A DNA stretch of 37,342 nucleotides from an actinobacterium acAMD-2 (GCA_000754455.1 JNSE01000029.1:1-37342), one strand, 5' to 3'. Positions 19,470 through 28,669 are shown, numbered from the stretch's first letter. A program made the numbers and translations. Notes: a model not told the origin generated them from the letters alone.

Positions 19470-20188
19470 GCGATGTCCTTTGCTCGTTCAAGATCCTCGA
19501 GGTTGTCCACTTCGATCCAGTCAACCGTACCGATGGGCGTCAAAGCCACCTGGTGACCTCGATTGACCAGTTCTTGGTAGGCGTCCTCGTAGTAGAGGTT
19601 GGGATCGCGAGTAAAGGTTGCTTCCAAAGCATCACTGAGGGCAGCACCGAAGTTCGGTCCGACGAGAGTGACTCCGATGTACTCACCAACTGCGCTGGTC
19701 GGTTCCATCAACTTCGTGATCCGAGAAAGCCACCCAGATGCATCGGTTTGAACTTTCATTTCCTCGTCAGCGAGAACTTTCACATTGTCAATGGCCAAGC
19801 GAAGGTCGTGCGGTTCCTGAGCGAGCAGGGTTTGTTCCACACTCACCGGGTGCAAGGTGTCTCCGTTAGCCAGGAGAAATCCCGAATCGAAGTAAGACCG
19901 AGCGCACCACAATGAGTACGCGTTGTTCCAGACCTCGGCTTTGTCGTTAAATACGACATCAATGGTCAGGCCGTACGTGGTTTCAAATTCGATGCGTCGA
20001 TCGTCGATGGCTTCTTTGCGGTAGCCCGCGACGATGACTGCTTCTTTGATGCCGACTTCGGCAAAGTTGCCCAACGTGCGTTCAAGAATGGTGGTTCCAT
20101 CACCGAGCGGCGCCAAGGCCTTAGGAATGTTGTCTGTGACTGGGCGGAGCCGACTCCCAGAGCCCGCAGCAAGGATCATGCCGATCAT
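19457..20188 (-). CDS. Sugar/polyol-phosphate cytidylyltransferase (LicC/IPCT-like NTP transferase)
   Basis: ILAAGSGSRL..PK NTP-transferase signature, NGD, EEMKV, GEYIG, WIEVDN.EDL. ATG 20188 follows AAGGG. Confidence 0.85.
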   Translation of the reverse strand: MIGMILAAGSGSRLRPVTDNIPKALAPLGDGTTILERTLGNFAEVGIKEAVIVAGYRKEAIDDRRIEFETTYGLTIDVVFNDKAEVWNNAYSLWCARSYFDSGFLLANGDTLHPVSVEQTLLAQEPHDLRLAIDNVKVLADEEMKVQTDASGWLSRITKLMEPTSAVGEYIGVTLVGPNFGAALSDALEATFTRDPNLYYEDAYQELVNRGHQVALTPIGTVDWIEVDNLEDLERAKDIACRS

Positions 20189-20198
20189 GGGTGTGCCC

Positions 20199-20945
20199 TT
20201 ATCCGCGGGGGGCGTCAGAGTCAGCGTGGTAGGCCGCCAACGCTTCTTCGAGTGGGGCATCCAGCTTGAGGTCACCCTTATTCATGTACAGGCCACGGTT
20301 GCAAAAACGTCGCAGGTCTCCATCGCTGTGAGAAACCATGAACAACGTGCGACCTTCACTGAGCATGGAGTCCAGTTTCTTGTAGCACTTTTCGCGGAAA
20401 CGACGGTCACCAACAGCGAGGACCTCATCGACCAACATGATGGGTTCGTCTAGTTGGCTAATGACGGCAAAGCCAAGCCGAACCTTCATACCGCTAGAGA
20501 AGTGGCGAAACGGTGTGTCAACGAAGTCTTCGATTTCTGCAAAGTCCACGATTTCGTCAAAGCGATCTTGAATGCTCTTTTTACTCAGACCGTGCAAGCC
20601 CGCAGTGATTTGGATGTTGTCTCGAGCTGTCAGGTCAGCGACGAATCCTCCGGTGAGTTCAATCAGCGGTGCCACACCACCATTGACGGTGACCTTGCCA
20701 TTGTCGGGAAGCAGCACGCCGGCGACGAGTTTGAGCAGCGTGCTCTTGCCCGAACCATTAGCCCCGATCAGTCCTACTGCTTCTCCGGGTTGGATCTCAA
20801 AGTTCACGTTATTGACCGCCCAGAAATCGCCAGGAGGTGTGCCAGTCTTTCCCTTGAAGAGGGTTTCGCGCACCTGACGGTGACGACGACGATTGCGGTG
20901 GAACCGGATTCCTAAGTTTTCTGCGGAGATGACGGGTTCAGACAT
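20199..20945 (-). CDS. Polysaccharide/teichoic acid ABC exporter ATP-binding subunit (Wzt/TagH-like)
   Basis: GANGSGKST, FSSGMKVRLGF, LVDEVLAVGD..FREKC, VSH. Confidence 0.92.
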   Translation of the reverse strand: MSEPVISAENLGIRFHRNRRRHRQVRETLFKGKTGTPPGDFWAVNNVNFEIQPGEAVGLIGANGSGKSTLLKLVAGVLLPDNGKVTVNGGVAPLIELTGGFVADLTARDNIQITAGLHGLSKKSIQDRFDEIVDFAEIEDFVDTPFRHFSSGMKVRLGFAVISQLDEPIMLVDEVLAVGDRRFREKCYKKLDSMLSEGRTLFMVSHSDGDLRRFCNRGLYMNKGDLKLDAPLEEALAAYHADSDAPRG

Positions 20946-21731
20946 CTAGATCTCCTTCAAGGCTGCACGCTCAAGGGAGCGGAAGACGAAAATACCGAGA
21001 GTAAAGACGACCAAGGTAATGACGGAAGCGGTGATGAACGGACCCCAGCTAGTGAATTGATCCGGAAAGAAGCTTGCACGAATCAGGTCAATGATTCCGC
21101 TGAAGGGATTCAACGAGTACAAGGTGCGGAACTTTTCGGGAACATCGGTGATGCCATAGATGATGGGCGAGAGGTAGAACATGATGCGAAGGATGATGCG
21201 TACCAAACGTTGCATGTCAGTGAACAAGACGGTGAGCGGAGCCAGGATGAGACCCAGGCCAATCAAGAGCAGCCCTTGAACCAGTAGGGCAAGGGGGAGC
21301 AACAGCAGGTACCACGAAACCTTGGCGCCCGCGAAGATGGCGAAAGCTGCGATGACGGGGAGGCTGAACAAGAACTCCATGAACTTCGAAAACACCACCC
21401 GCAAAACCCATACTTCGCGGGGAATATTGCTGGAGCGAACAAGTTTTGCTTCGGCGGTCAGAGCCCGTGTGCATTCCTGAATCGAACTGGTGGCCCAGGT
21501 CCAGGGCAGCAGGCCGGCCAGTAAGAACACGATGTAGGGAGATTCGCCGACCCCGGCCCGGACAAAAATGACGGTAAAGACGAACCAATAGACCAACGCT
21601 GACAACAGCGGGTCAAGGATTGTCCAGAGGTAACCCAGCACTGAGGTGCTATAGCGAACCCGCAGGTCGCGATTGACGAGAAGGGCGATCATTCCGCGTG
21701 ATCGCCACAGCGCCACCCAGCGCGAAGACAC
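20946..21731 (-). CDS. Polysaccharide/teichoic acid ABC exporter permease (Wzm/TagG-like)
   Basis: RDLRVRYSTSVLGYLW.ILDPL, FYLSPIIY, LNP motifs, ~6 TM segments. SD GAGGAGG before GTG 21731. Confidence 0.92.
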   Translation of the reverse strand: MSSRWVALWRSRGMIALLVNRDLRVRYSTSVLGYLWTILDPLLSALVYWFVFTVIFVRAGVGESPYIVFLLAGLLPWTWATSSIQECTRALTAEAKLVRSSNIPREVWVLRVVFSKFMEFLFSLPVIAAFAIFAGAKVSWYLLLLPLALLVQGLLLIGLGLILAPLTVLFTDMQRLVRIILRIMFYLSPIIYGITDVPEKFRTLYSLNPFSGIIDLIRASFFPDQFTSWGPFITASVITLVVFTLGIFVFRSLERAALKEI

Positions 21732-21789
21732 CGTGGAAGCCCTCCTCACCATGGGAAAACAGGCCTGATTTTTGCCCTTGTGAACGGTA

Positions 21790-21815
21790 GCACCCACGCC
21801 TGCCGGCACCCACGC
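21790..21815. repeat. 10-bp direct repeat GCACCCACGC x2 next to the putative -10 of the export/biosynthesis operon
   Basis: Identical copies at 21790-21799 and 21806-21815. Minus-strand TACCGT at 21789-21784 is immediately adjacent. Confidence 0.6.
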
Positions 21816-21870
21816 TCGTGTAGAGATGTCGCGGGAGTCTTGGGTCTCACTGCCCTATCAACAGGGGGGT

Positions 21871-22662
21871 CTACTCCGGGTCGCGCGAACCTAATGCCAG
21901 GTCGGTCGACCGAGTTGCTGCGAAGACCCGCACTCCAACGGCAATCTCCGTCATCAGGATGAGGACAGCGCCTGCCAACGTGATGAATTGAACGCCCCAA
22001 CCCCAGCCAGCTTGAAGCAACGGGGCAATGACAAAAACGCTCATCTGATACTCAATGCCGCTAAAAAGGTGGAGCCGGATGCGGTACTTGGCAAGCGTGG
22101 TCTTCAAGCTAGGAGAGGCGGAGGAAGTCCGCTTAGGGCTTTCGGTTGAACCACGGTTCGCATCCAGGGCCGCTGACATGGCTTGCGTTAGTTGTTTGGC
22201 CTGGGCAGCGTTGAGATAGCGAACGAAGTTCAAGGTCAGAAAGACAAACCCCAGATACAGGTATGCGTTGTTGTCGGTGGCATGAAATAAACCGCCGAAC
22301 AACCCAATCGTGCAGGCGATGTCCTTGGTGCGGTCAAGAAAGAAATCCACCCACGTGCCCAAGAAGCTTTGCTGAGATTTCAGTCGAGCGAGTTTGCCGT
22401 CCATGCAGTCGAAAATAAAAGAGAGGTGAAAGGCGATAGCTCCCCAGACAAGGTAGATGGGGGTGGCTTGCCAAAAACATAGCGCGGCAACCAGGCCAGC
22501 GATGGCGGCGATGAAAGTTAAGTGGATAGGCCGTAGCGACGTGCGGTTGGCGATAGGCAGCAGCAATCGGCCAGCGATTGGATCAATAATCAGGACGGTC
22601 CACCAAGCATCCCGTGGCTTATAGGTGGCTTTGATGTCGTCCAAGGTGTACTGGCGGCGCAT
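21871..22662 (-). CDS. CDP-alcohol phosphotransferase family protein (second copy)
   Basis: Full motif DCMDGKLAR-x8-GTWVDFFLD; N-terminal RDAWWTV; SD GGAGG upstream. Confidence 0.88.
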   Translation of the reverse strand: MRRQYTLDDIKATYKPRDAWWTVLIIDPIAGRLLLPIANRTSLRPIHLTFIAAIAGLVAALCFWQATPIYLVWGAIAFHLSFIFDCMDGKLARLKSQQSFLGTWVDFFLDRTKDIACTIGLFGGLFHATDNNAYLYLGFVFLTLNFVRYLNAAQAKQLTQAMSAALDANRGSTESPKRTSSASPSLKTTLAKYRIRLHLFSGIEYQMSVFVIAPLLQAGWGWGVQFITLAGAVLILMTEIAVGVRVFAATRSTDLALGSRDPE

Positions 22663-22808
22663 GGTTGTGCCTCCGGTGTGACGCGCACTGAATAGGAGTT
22701 GTCAGCGTACCGGCTGGCCTAAGCAGACGGTTCGGAACTTCGGTGGGTGATCGCGTGGCGTGATGGGATTCTTCCGGTTTTCGCTCCGTCAGTCGTAATA
22801 CTGTGCGC

Positions 22809-23600
22809 ATGACTGAAGCCACCCTCACGCCAATGACTGAACCCGACAACGCGGCCCGCTACCGTCGCCTTCGAATCTTCAACATCCTTGTAGGTCTGGC
22901 CTTTGTGGCCCAGATTGCCGTCATCCTTAAACTCAGTAAGCCATTGAGCATTCCGTTGGTTCTGGGATACCTCAATCGGGACCCGCTGATCAATCCCAAC
23001 GTTATTGCCAAGCCGGTCGAAGTCATTTCCATCGGAATCGCCAGTTCAGTGGCGATTTTCCTGGCTTGTGCCGCCCTAGACCACTTATTGGTGGCTTTCC
23101 CCCTGCGGTCTTGGTACGAGCGCCAGCTCGGGCGTCGCGCCAATTATGCGCGATGGATTGAGTACACGTTCAGCTCTTCACTCATGGTCGTCTTAATCGT
23201 TGTTGTCGTCGGGATTCGAGACCTAGGCGCGATCATTGCGATCATTTCGACAAATAGCGCGATGATCTTGTTTGGCCTATTGATGGAACGAAAGGAAACA
23301 CCAGGAAAAGCTGACTGGAGTGCATTCTGGTTTAGCTCTGCGGTGAGTTTGGCGCCGTGGATCATCATCTCCTTGTTCCTCACGAAGGCCAGTCCGCCGG
23401 CTTTCGTCTTCATCATTGTGATTCTTCAGTTCATCCTGTTCTTCTCGTTTGCCGCCAACATGGGTCTGCAGTACAAGCAGGTGGGCAAGTGGAAGGACTA
23501 CGTCTACGGCGAGTACGCGTACATCATTTTGAGCATCGTGGCCAAGTCGCTCTTGGCTTGGTTGATTTTCGCCAACGTGCTGCGTCCTGCTGGCAGTTAA
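22809..23600 (+). CDS. Heliorhodopsin (HeR)
   Basis: 7 TM helices, RWIEY counterion motif, N.AMILFG, QYK..GKW..Y..GE.AYIILSIVAKSLLAW with the retinal-binding Lys (SxxxK). Start could be 22803, 22809 or 22833. Confidence 0.95.
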   Translation: MTEATLTPMTEPDNAARYRRLRIFNILVGLAFVAQIAVILKLSKPLSIPLVLGYLNRDPLINPNVIAKPVEVISIGIASSVAIFLACAALDHLLVAFPLRSWYERQLGRRANYARWIEYTFSSSLMVVLIVVVVGIRDLGAIIAIISTNSAMILFGLLMERKETPGKADWSAFWFSSAVSLAPWIIISLFLTKASPPAFVFIIVILQFILFFSFAANMGLQYKQVGKWKDYVYGEYAYIILSIVAKSLLAWLIFANVLRPAGS

Positions 23601-23623
23601 ACCTCGGGGGTCATTGGTCTCCT

Positions 23624-23637
23624 GTTCGCGCAGGGCG
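23624..23637 (+). promoter_or_regulatory. ClgR-type operator upstream of clpC
   Basis: GTTCGC-GCAGG-GCG matches the GTTCGC-N5-GCG consensus described for Streptomyces ClgR; it lies within an imperfect palindrome CCTGTT...AACAGG. Confidence 0.65.
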
Positions 23638-23672
23638 CAACAGGGGTAAAACCGCCATTTTTCAAGCGGGGT

Positions 23673-23701
23673 AAGGGCTCGTGAGCAGTTTCGGCCCTTT
23701 T
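23673..23701 (+). terminator. Possible terminator hairpin between HeR and clpC
   Basis: AAGGGC...GCCCTT followed by TT; the loop is large, so support is weak. Confidence 0.3.
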
Positions 23702-23764
23702 GACGAGGCTTCACGCGACGGCTTCTGCGAGTAAGGTGAAGTCATCGATCGTCAGGAGGAAATC

Positions 23765-26272
23765 ATGTTCGAGAGGTTTACCGACCGGGCCCGCCGTGTG
23801 GTGGTTTTGGCACAAGAAGAAGCCCGCATGCTCAACCACAACTACATCGGGACCGAGCACATCCTCCTGGGTCTGATTCATGAAGGCGAAGGCGTTGCCG
23901 CCAAGTCGCTGGAGTCATTGGGCATTTCTCTTGAGGCTGTGCGCAGCCAAGTTGAAGAGATCATTGGTCAAGGCCAACAAGCTCCCAGCGGACACATCCC
24001 CTTTACTCCGCGTGCGAAGAAAGTTCTTGAGCTGTCGTTGCGTGAAGCCTTGCAACTTGGCCACAACTACATCGGCACCGAACACATCCTCTTGGGATTG
24101 ATTCGTGAAGGCGATGGAGTAGCAGCACAGGTGCTGGTCAAGCTCGGCGCAGACCTGAACCGCGTCCGCCAACAAGTCATTCAGTTGCTGTCGGGGTACC
24201 AAGGCAAGGAACCAGCCGCCTCTGGTGGCCCAGCCGAAGGCACACCTTCTACCTCGCTGGTCTTGGACCAGTTTGGACGCAACCTCACCCAAGCTGCCCG
24301 CGAAGGCAAGCTGGACCCGGTTATTGGGCGCGAAAAGGAAATCGAGCGCGTCATGCAGGTGCTCTCACGCCGCACCAAGAACAACCCCGTCCTCATTGGT
24401 GAGCCCGGCGTCGGCAAGACCGCCGTCGTTGAAGGGCTAGCTCAGGCCATCGTTAAGGGCGAAGTACCCGAGACATTGAAGGACAAGCACCTCTACACGT
24501 TGGACCTTGGTGCTCTGGTGGCGGGTAGCCGTTACCGCGGAGACTTCGAAGAGCGCCTGAAGAAGGTGCTCAAGGAAATTCGAACTCGCGGAGACATCAT
24601 TTTGTTCATCGATGAACTGCACACCCTCGTGGGTGCCGGCGCGGCGGAAGGCGCGATCGATGCAGCGTCCATTCTCAAGCCCATGTTGGCTCGTGGTGAG
24701 TTGCAGACCATCGGTGCCACCACGCTGGATGAATACCGCAAGCACTTGGAAAAGGACGCCGCTCTTGAACGACGTTTCCAGCCCATCCAGGTACAAGAGC
24801 CTTCGTTGGCGCACACCATCGAAATCTTGAAGGGCCTGCGCGACCGCTACGAGGCCCACCATCGCGTATCAATCACCGACGAGGCCTTGGTCTCGGCTGC
24901 CACCTTGGCTGATCGCTACATTTCTGATCGCTTCTTGCCAGACAAGGCGATTGACCTCATTGACGAGGCTGGCTCGCGCATGCGTATTCGTCGCATGACC
25001 GCACCGCCGGACTTGCGTGAGTTTGACGAGCGGATCGCGAACGTGCGCCGTGAAAAGGAATCAGCGATCGATGCCCAAGACTTTGAAAAGGCTGCCGCAC
25101 TGCGCGACACCGAAAAAAACTTGTTGCTCGAAAAGGCCGAGCGTGAGCGTGAATGGAAGGCCGGCGACATGGACGTCGCTGCTGTTGTGGATGAGGAACT
25201 GATCGCTGAAGTGTTGGCCATCGCGACCGGCATCCCAGTCTTCAAGCTCACCGAAGAAGAATCCCAACGTCTGCTGCAGATGGAAGGCGAACTCCACAAG
25301 CGCGTCATTGGCCAAGAGCAAGCCATCAAGGCGTTGTCTCAAGCCATCCGCCGTACTCGTGCTGGCTTGAAGGACCCCAAGCGTCCAGGCGGATCGTTCA
25401 TCTTCGCCGGTCCATCGGGTGTGGGTAAGACCGAACTCGCCAAGACCTTGGCTGAGTTCCTCTTTGGCGACGAAGACTCCTTGATTCAGCTCGACATGTC
25501 CGAATTCAGCGAGAAGCACACGGTTTCGCGTCTCTTCGGATCGCCTCCCGGCTACGTCGGTTACGACGAGGGTGGCCAGTTGACCGAGAAGGTCCGTCGC
25601 AAGCCGTTCTCTGTGGTCTTGTTTGACGAGGTGGAGAAGGCGCACCCGGATATCTTCAACTCGCTGTTGCAAATCCTTGAAGACGGGCGCTTGACCGACA
25701 GTCAAGGTCGAGTTGTTGACTTCAAGAACACCGTCATCATCATGACGACCAACTTGGGTACGCGTGATATTTCCAAGGGCTTTGGAATGGGCTTTGCCGC
25801 TTCTGGCGACACCCAGTCGTCCTACGACCGATTGAAGTCCAAGGTCAACGAGGAGCTCAAGCAGCACTTCCGTCCTGAGTTCCTTAACCGCATTGACGAC
25901 ACCGTCGTCTTCCACCAGTTGAGTGAAGCCGAAATCGTTCAGATCGTTGATCTGATGATCGCCAAGCTTGATGCCCGCATGCAAGATAAGGACATGGCCA
26001 TCGACCTCACCTTCGATGCCAAGGCGCGGTTGGCCGCACGTGGCTATGACCCGGTCTTGGGTGCTCGTCCGCTACGTCGCACGATTCAACGCGATATCGA
26101 GGATGAACTTTCCGAAAAGATCTTGTTCGGTGAGCTTCGCCCCGGTCAGATTGTGTTGGTTGACGTTGCGGGTGAGGGCGAGGATGCCCACTTCACCTTT
26201 ACCGGCACCACAAAGGGCGAAATGCCAGACCTGCCACCGGTTGAAACCGCAGAAAGCGGTTCCTCGGAGTAG
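23765..26272 (+). CDS. clpC: ATP-dependent Clp protease ATP-binding subunit ClpC1
   Basis: [22 protein letters not shown]-domain repeats, two AAA modules ([16 protein letters not shown]), UVR coiled coil, SD AGGAGG. Confidence 0.99.
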   Translation: MFERFTDRARRVVVLAQEEARMLNHNYIGTEHILLGLIHEGEGVAAKSLESLGISLEAVRSQVEEIIGQGQQAPSGHIPFTPRAKKVLELSLREALQLGHNYIGTEHILLGLIREGDGVAAQVLVKLGADLNRVRQQVIQLLSGYQGKEPAASGGPAEGTPSTSLVLDQFGRNLTQAAREGKLDPVIGREKEIERVMQVLSRRTKNNPVLIGEPGVGKTAVVEGLAQAIVKGEVPETLKDKHLYTLDLGALVAGSRYRGDFEERLKKVLKEIRTRGDIILFIDELHTLVGAGAAEGAIDAASILKPMLARGELQTIGATTLDEYRKHLEKDAALERRFQPIQVQEPSLAHTIEILKGLRDRYEAHHRVSITDEALVSAATLADRYISDRFLPDKAIDLIDEAGSRMRIRRMTAPPDLREFDERIANVRREKESAIDAQDFEKAAALRDTEKNLLLEKAEREREWKAGDMDVAAVVDEELIAEVLAIATGIPVFKLTEEESQRLLQMEGELHKRVIGQEQAIKALSQAIRRTRAGLKDPKRPGGSFIFAGPSGVGKTELAKTLAEFLFGDEDSLIQLDMSEFSEKHTVSRLFGSPPGYVGYDEGGQLTEKVRRKPFSVVLFDEVEKAHPDIFNSLLQILEDGRLTDSQGRVVDFKNTVIIMTTNLGTRDISKGFGMGFAASGDTQSSYDRLKSKVNEELKQHFRPEFLNRIDDTVVFHQLSEAEIVQIVDLMIAKLDARMQDKDMAIDLTFDAKARLAARGYDPVLGARPLRRTIQRDIEDELSEKILFGELRPGQIVLVDVAGEGEDAHFTFTGTTKGEMPDLPPVETAESGSSE

Positions 26273-26303
26273 ATCAGGGTTGCTCTCAACCTAGGAGGTT
26301 GAC

Positions 26304-27050
26304 ATGAGCGAACCAGATTTTGAGTCAAAGGTGGCGATAGTCACCGGAGGCGGATCGGGTATCGGCGCGGCCTGCGTGCAACTTCTTGTTGAACGCGGGG
26401 CCAAGGTGTTAGTCGCGGACGTGGATCCGGTGGCGGCGGAAAAGGTGGCAAGCCAGTTCCTGGAATCGGCGCGACCTTTCGCGGTCGATGTCAGTGACTC
26501 GCAACGTTGCGAACTGATGGTGCAGCGCGCCATCGATACGTGGGGCGGCTTGCATATCGCCGTGAACAACGCCGGAATTGGTGGAGAACAAAACCCCATC
26601 GGCAGTTATAGCGTTGAAGGTTGGCGCTCGGTGTTGTCGGTCAATCTTGATGGTGTCTTCTATAGCATGCGTGCTGAAATCCCAGCCATGATCGAATCCG
26701 GCGGTGGCTCGATCATCAATATGTCGTCGATCTTGGGCTCGGTGGGATTTCCAGCAGCCGGCGCGTACGTTTCAGCGAAACATGGCGTTGTCGGTCTCAC
26801 CCGGGCGGCAGCTCTCGATCATGCGGCGCAATCCATCCGCGTTAATGCAGTCGGACCTGGATTTATCGATACGCCCTTGCTTAGCCAGTTGTCACCGGAG
26901 ATGAAGGCTGGCTTGAGCAGGATGCATCCGCGTGGGCAGATGGGAAGTTCACGTGAAGTCGCTGAGCTTGTAGCGTTTTTGGCTAGTGATCGCGCGGCCA
27001 ATATCACTGGTTCGTACTACACCGTTGATGGTGGGTACACCGCGCAGTAG
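26304..27050 (+). CDS. Classical short-chain dehydrogenase/reductase
   Basis: TGGGSGIG, NNAG, YVSAK (YxxxK), VDGG; SD AGGAGG. Confidence 0.93.
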   Translation: MSEPDFESKVAIVTGGGSGIGAACVQLLVERGAKVLVADVDPVAAEKVASQFLESARPFAVDVSDSQRCELMVQRAIDTWGGLHIAVNNAGIGGEQNPIGSYSVEGWRSVLSVNLDGVFYSMRAEIPAMIESGGGSIINMSSILGSVGFPAAGAYVSAKHGVVGLTRAAALDHAAQSIRVNAVGPGFIDTPLLSQLSPEMKAGLSRMHPRGQMGSSREVAELVAFLASDRAANITGSYYTVDGGYTAQ

Positions 27051-27052
27051 CC

Positions 27053-27937
27053 CTATGAGGGTAAGGAAAACGTGCCATCCTCACAAACGTCTATCAGGCC
27101 ATCGGCGACCAACGAATCCAATGCACGCGCGCGTTGTACGGGCTCGGGCCAGGCTTGATTGAGTAGCCCTAGTTCAACCGGACCGTCGCTGTCTCTCACG
27201 ACTGCTAACAGCTGGCCACGGCATTGGCGGTCAGTGCCTTCGTAGGTTTGACCCTTGCGAGCCGGCCCTTGCCATTCGGGCTTCCCGTTTAGCCGCCACA
27301 GGCACTCGGTGCGAATGGGGCAGACATCGCATTGGGGAGAACGTGAGGTGCACACTAATGCACCGAGTTCCATGACGGCTGCACTGAGTCGGGCTGAGGT
27401 ATGGGGATCAGTCGGCAAGAGTGCGTCAGCTCGTGTGCGTTCGCGTTCAGTGATGCTGGTTGTCGTTGCGAATTGCACGCCATCAAAAACCCGAGCATGC
27501 ACTCTGCGCACGTTGGTATCCAACACAGCACAACGTTGCTGGAAAGCAAAGGCTGCGATGGCGGCAGCGGTGTATTCGCCCACTCCGGGCAAAGATCGCA
27601 ACTGGCTGAGAGTCGAGGGAATTTCCCCACCGAATTGTTCGTCACACATCACTGCAGTTGCGTGGAGCCGCAACGCACGACGTGGATAGCCCAACCGACC
27701 CCACATCACGATGGCTTCGCCAGGAGTGGCGTTAGCGAGTGCGCTGGGTGTGGGCCATCGCTTCATCCACTGCGCAAAGGGTTCCAATACTCGACTGACG
27801 GGGGTCTGTTGAAGCATAAATTCACTCACGACCACGGCCCAGGGACTAGCACCCCGCCAGGGGAGGTCACGCTCGGCGAGATCAAACCACTCGAGGAGCC
27901 GCAAGCGCACTTCACGGGTGGTCTTAGGCGTGAGCAC
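27053..27937 (-). CDS. mutY: A/G-specific adenine glycosylase
   Basis: RDLPWR, SEFMLQQT, LGYPRRA, HhH LPGVGEYTA, DTNVRRV, 4Fe-4S motif C-x6-C-x2-C-x5-C. Start GTG 27937 (or 27946). Confidence 0.95.
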   Translation of the reverse strand: MLTPKTTREVRLRLLEWFDLAERDLPWRGASPWAVVVSEFMLQQTPVSRVLEPFAQWMKRWPTPSALANATPGEAIVMWGRLGYPRRALRLHATAVMCDEQFGGEIPSTLSQLRSLPGVGEYTAAAIAAFAFQQRCAVLDTNVRRVHARVFDGVQFATTTSITERERTRADALLPTDPHTSARLSAAVMELGALVCTSRSPQCDVCPIRTECLWRLNGKPEWQGPARKGQTYEGTDRQCRGQLLAVVRDSDGPVELGLLNQAWPEPVQRARALDSLVADGLIDVCEDGTFSLPS

Positions 27938-28015
27938 GGGCCCCACGCTAGGGGATCAGGGCTTTTGCGCAACCACAGTGCCCTGTCCGGTTTTACCCTC
28001 TCTACTCTGTTACCT

Positions 28016-28669
28016 GTGTCTTCCCTGCTCAATCCCGTAGGTGATAAGCCTGCGCGCGTGTATTGGCGCCGCCGCATAGAAATTCTTGTGGTGCTCGTCA
28101 TCCTTGTGCTGTTTGTCGGCAAAGCATGCAGCGGCGGTAGCCAGCCCGTTGCGGACAACACACCACTCCCCGCAGAGACCACCACGAGTTCGGCCATCCC
28201 GACGCCATCGGCCTCGACGGTCGTAAGCGCATCACCGACCTCTTCGCCCAGTGCTACTGCTACCCGAACTCCAGCCAAGGGCGAATGCAAGGACTCTCAG
28301 GTACGCGTTTATGTCACGGCAGAAAGCTTGGAGAACACCGTAGGCGGACCGGTTCTGATGCGCTTTGTTGTCGCAACGAACAGCGACACCACATGCTTGC
28401 GCGATGTGGGTGGCTCACAAAATGAAGTGCGCATTACTTCTGCCGGTGGAAAGCGCGTCTGGTCATCGGATGATTGCAGCCCTGGTGGCGCCGCCAATGT
28501 CCGACCGATTTCGAAGTCGTCGCCTTATGCGGTGACGGTGGAATGGAATGGAAAAGTCAGCAAGCCTGGCTGCAGTGGATCAAAGCCAGAAGCGTCAAAC
28601 GGTTCGTATGCAATCGTGGCTCGCAACGGCGACGTGAAGAGTGAGCCAGAGCCACTGATCTTGAACTAG
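28016..28669 (+). CDS. Conserved actinobacterial membrane-anchored protein (Rv3587c-like)
   Basis: PVG..PARVYWRRR, single TM helix, Pro/Ser/Thr linker, then a Cys-containing domain (WSSDDC). TACTCT -10 lies 7 nt before GTG 28016; located between mutY and disA. Confidence 0.75.
   Translation: MSSLLNPVGDKPARVYWRRRIEILVVLVILVLFVGKACSGGSQPVADNTPLPAETTTSSAIPTPSASTVVSASPTSSPSATATRTPAKGECKDSQVRVYVTAESLENTVGGPVLMRFVVATNSDTTCLRDVGGSQNEVRITSAGGKRVWSSDDCSPGGAANVRPISKSSPYAVTVEWNGKVSKPGCSGSKPEASNGSYAIVARNGDVKSEPEPLILN

Noticed and set aside
17709-20188. Archaeal-type ether lipid biosynthesis
   Set aside because: A G1PDH-like gene is present, but there is no GGGP/DGGGP synthase or prenyltransferase in the window; the context is polysaccharide export.
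22809-22844. Repeat ATGACTGAA at two possible HeR starts
   Set aside because: Only 9 bp and two copies; it mainly makes the start codon ambiguous.
22809-23600. Actinorhodopsin/proteorhodopsin proton pump
   Set aside because: Lacks the type-1 RYxDW/DTE and DxxxK motifs; has the HeR-specific RWxEY and SxxxK.
25061-25984. 307-aa antisense ORF inside clpC
   Set aside because: Shadow ORF caused by biased codon usage of a highly conserved gene; no recognisable motifs.
27401-28015. Long N-terminal extension of the 422-aa ORF
   Set aside because: It is antisense to mutY. The recognisable protein starts at GTG 28016, just after a -10 hexamer.
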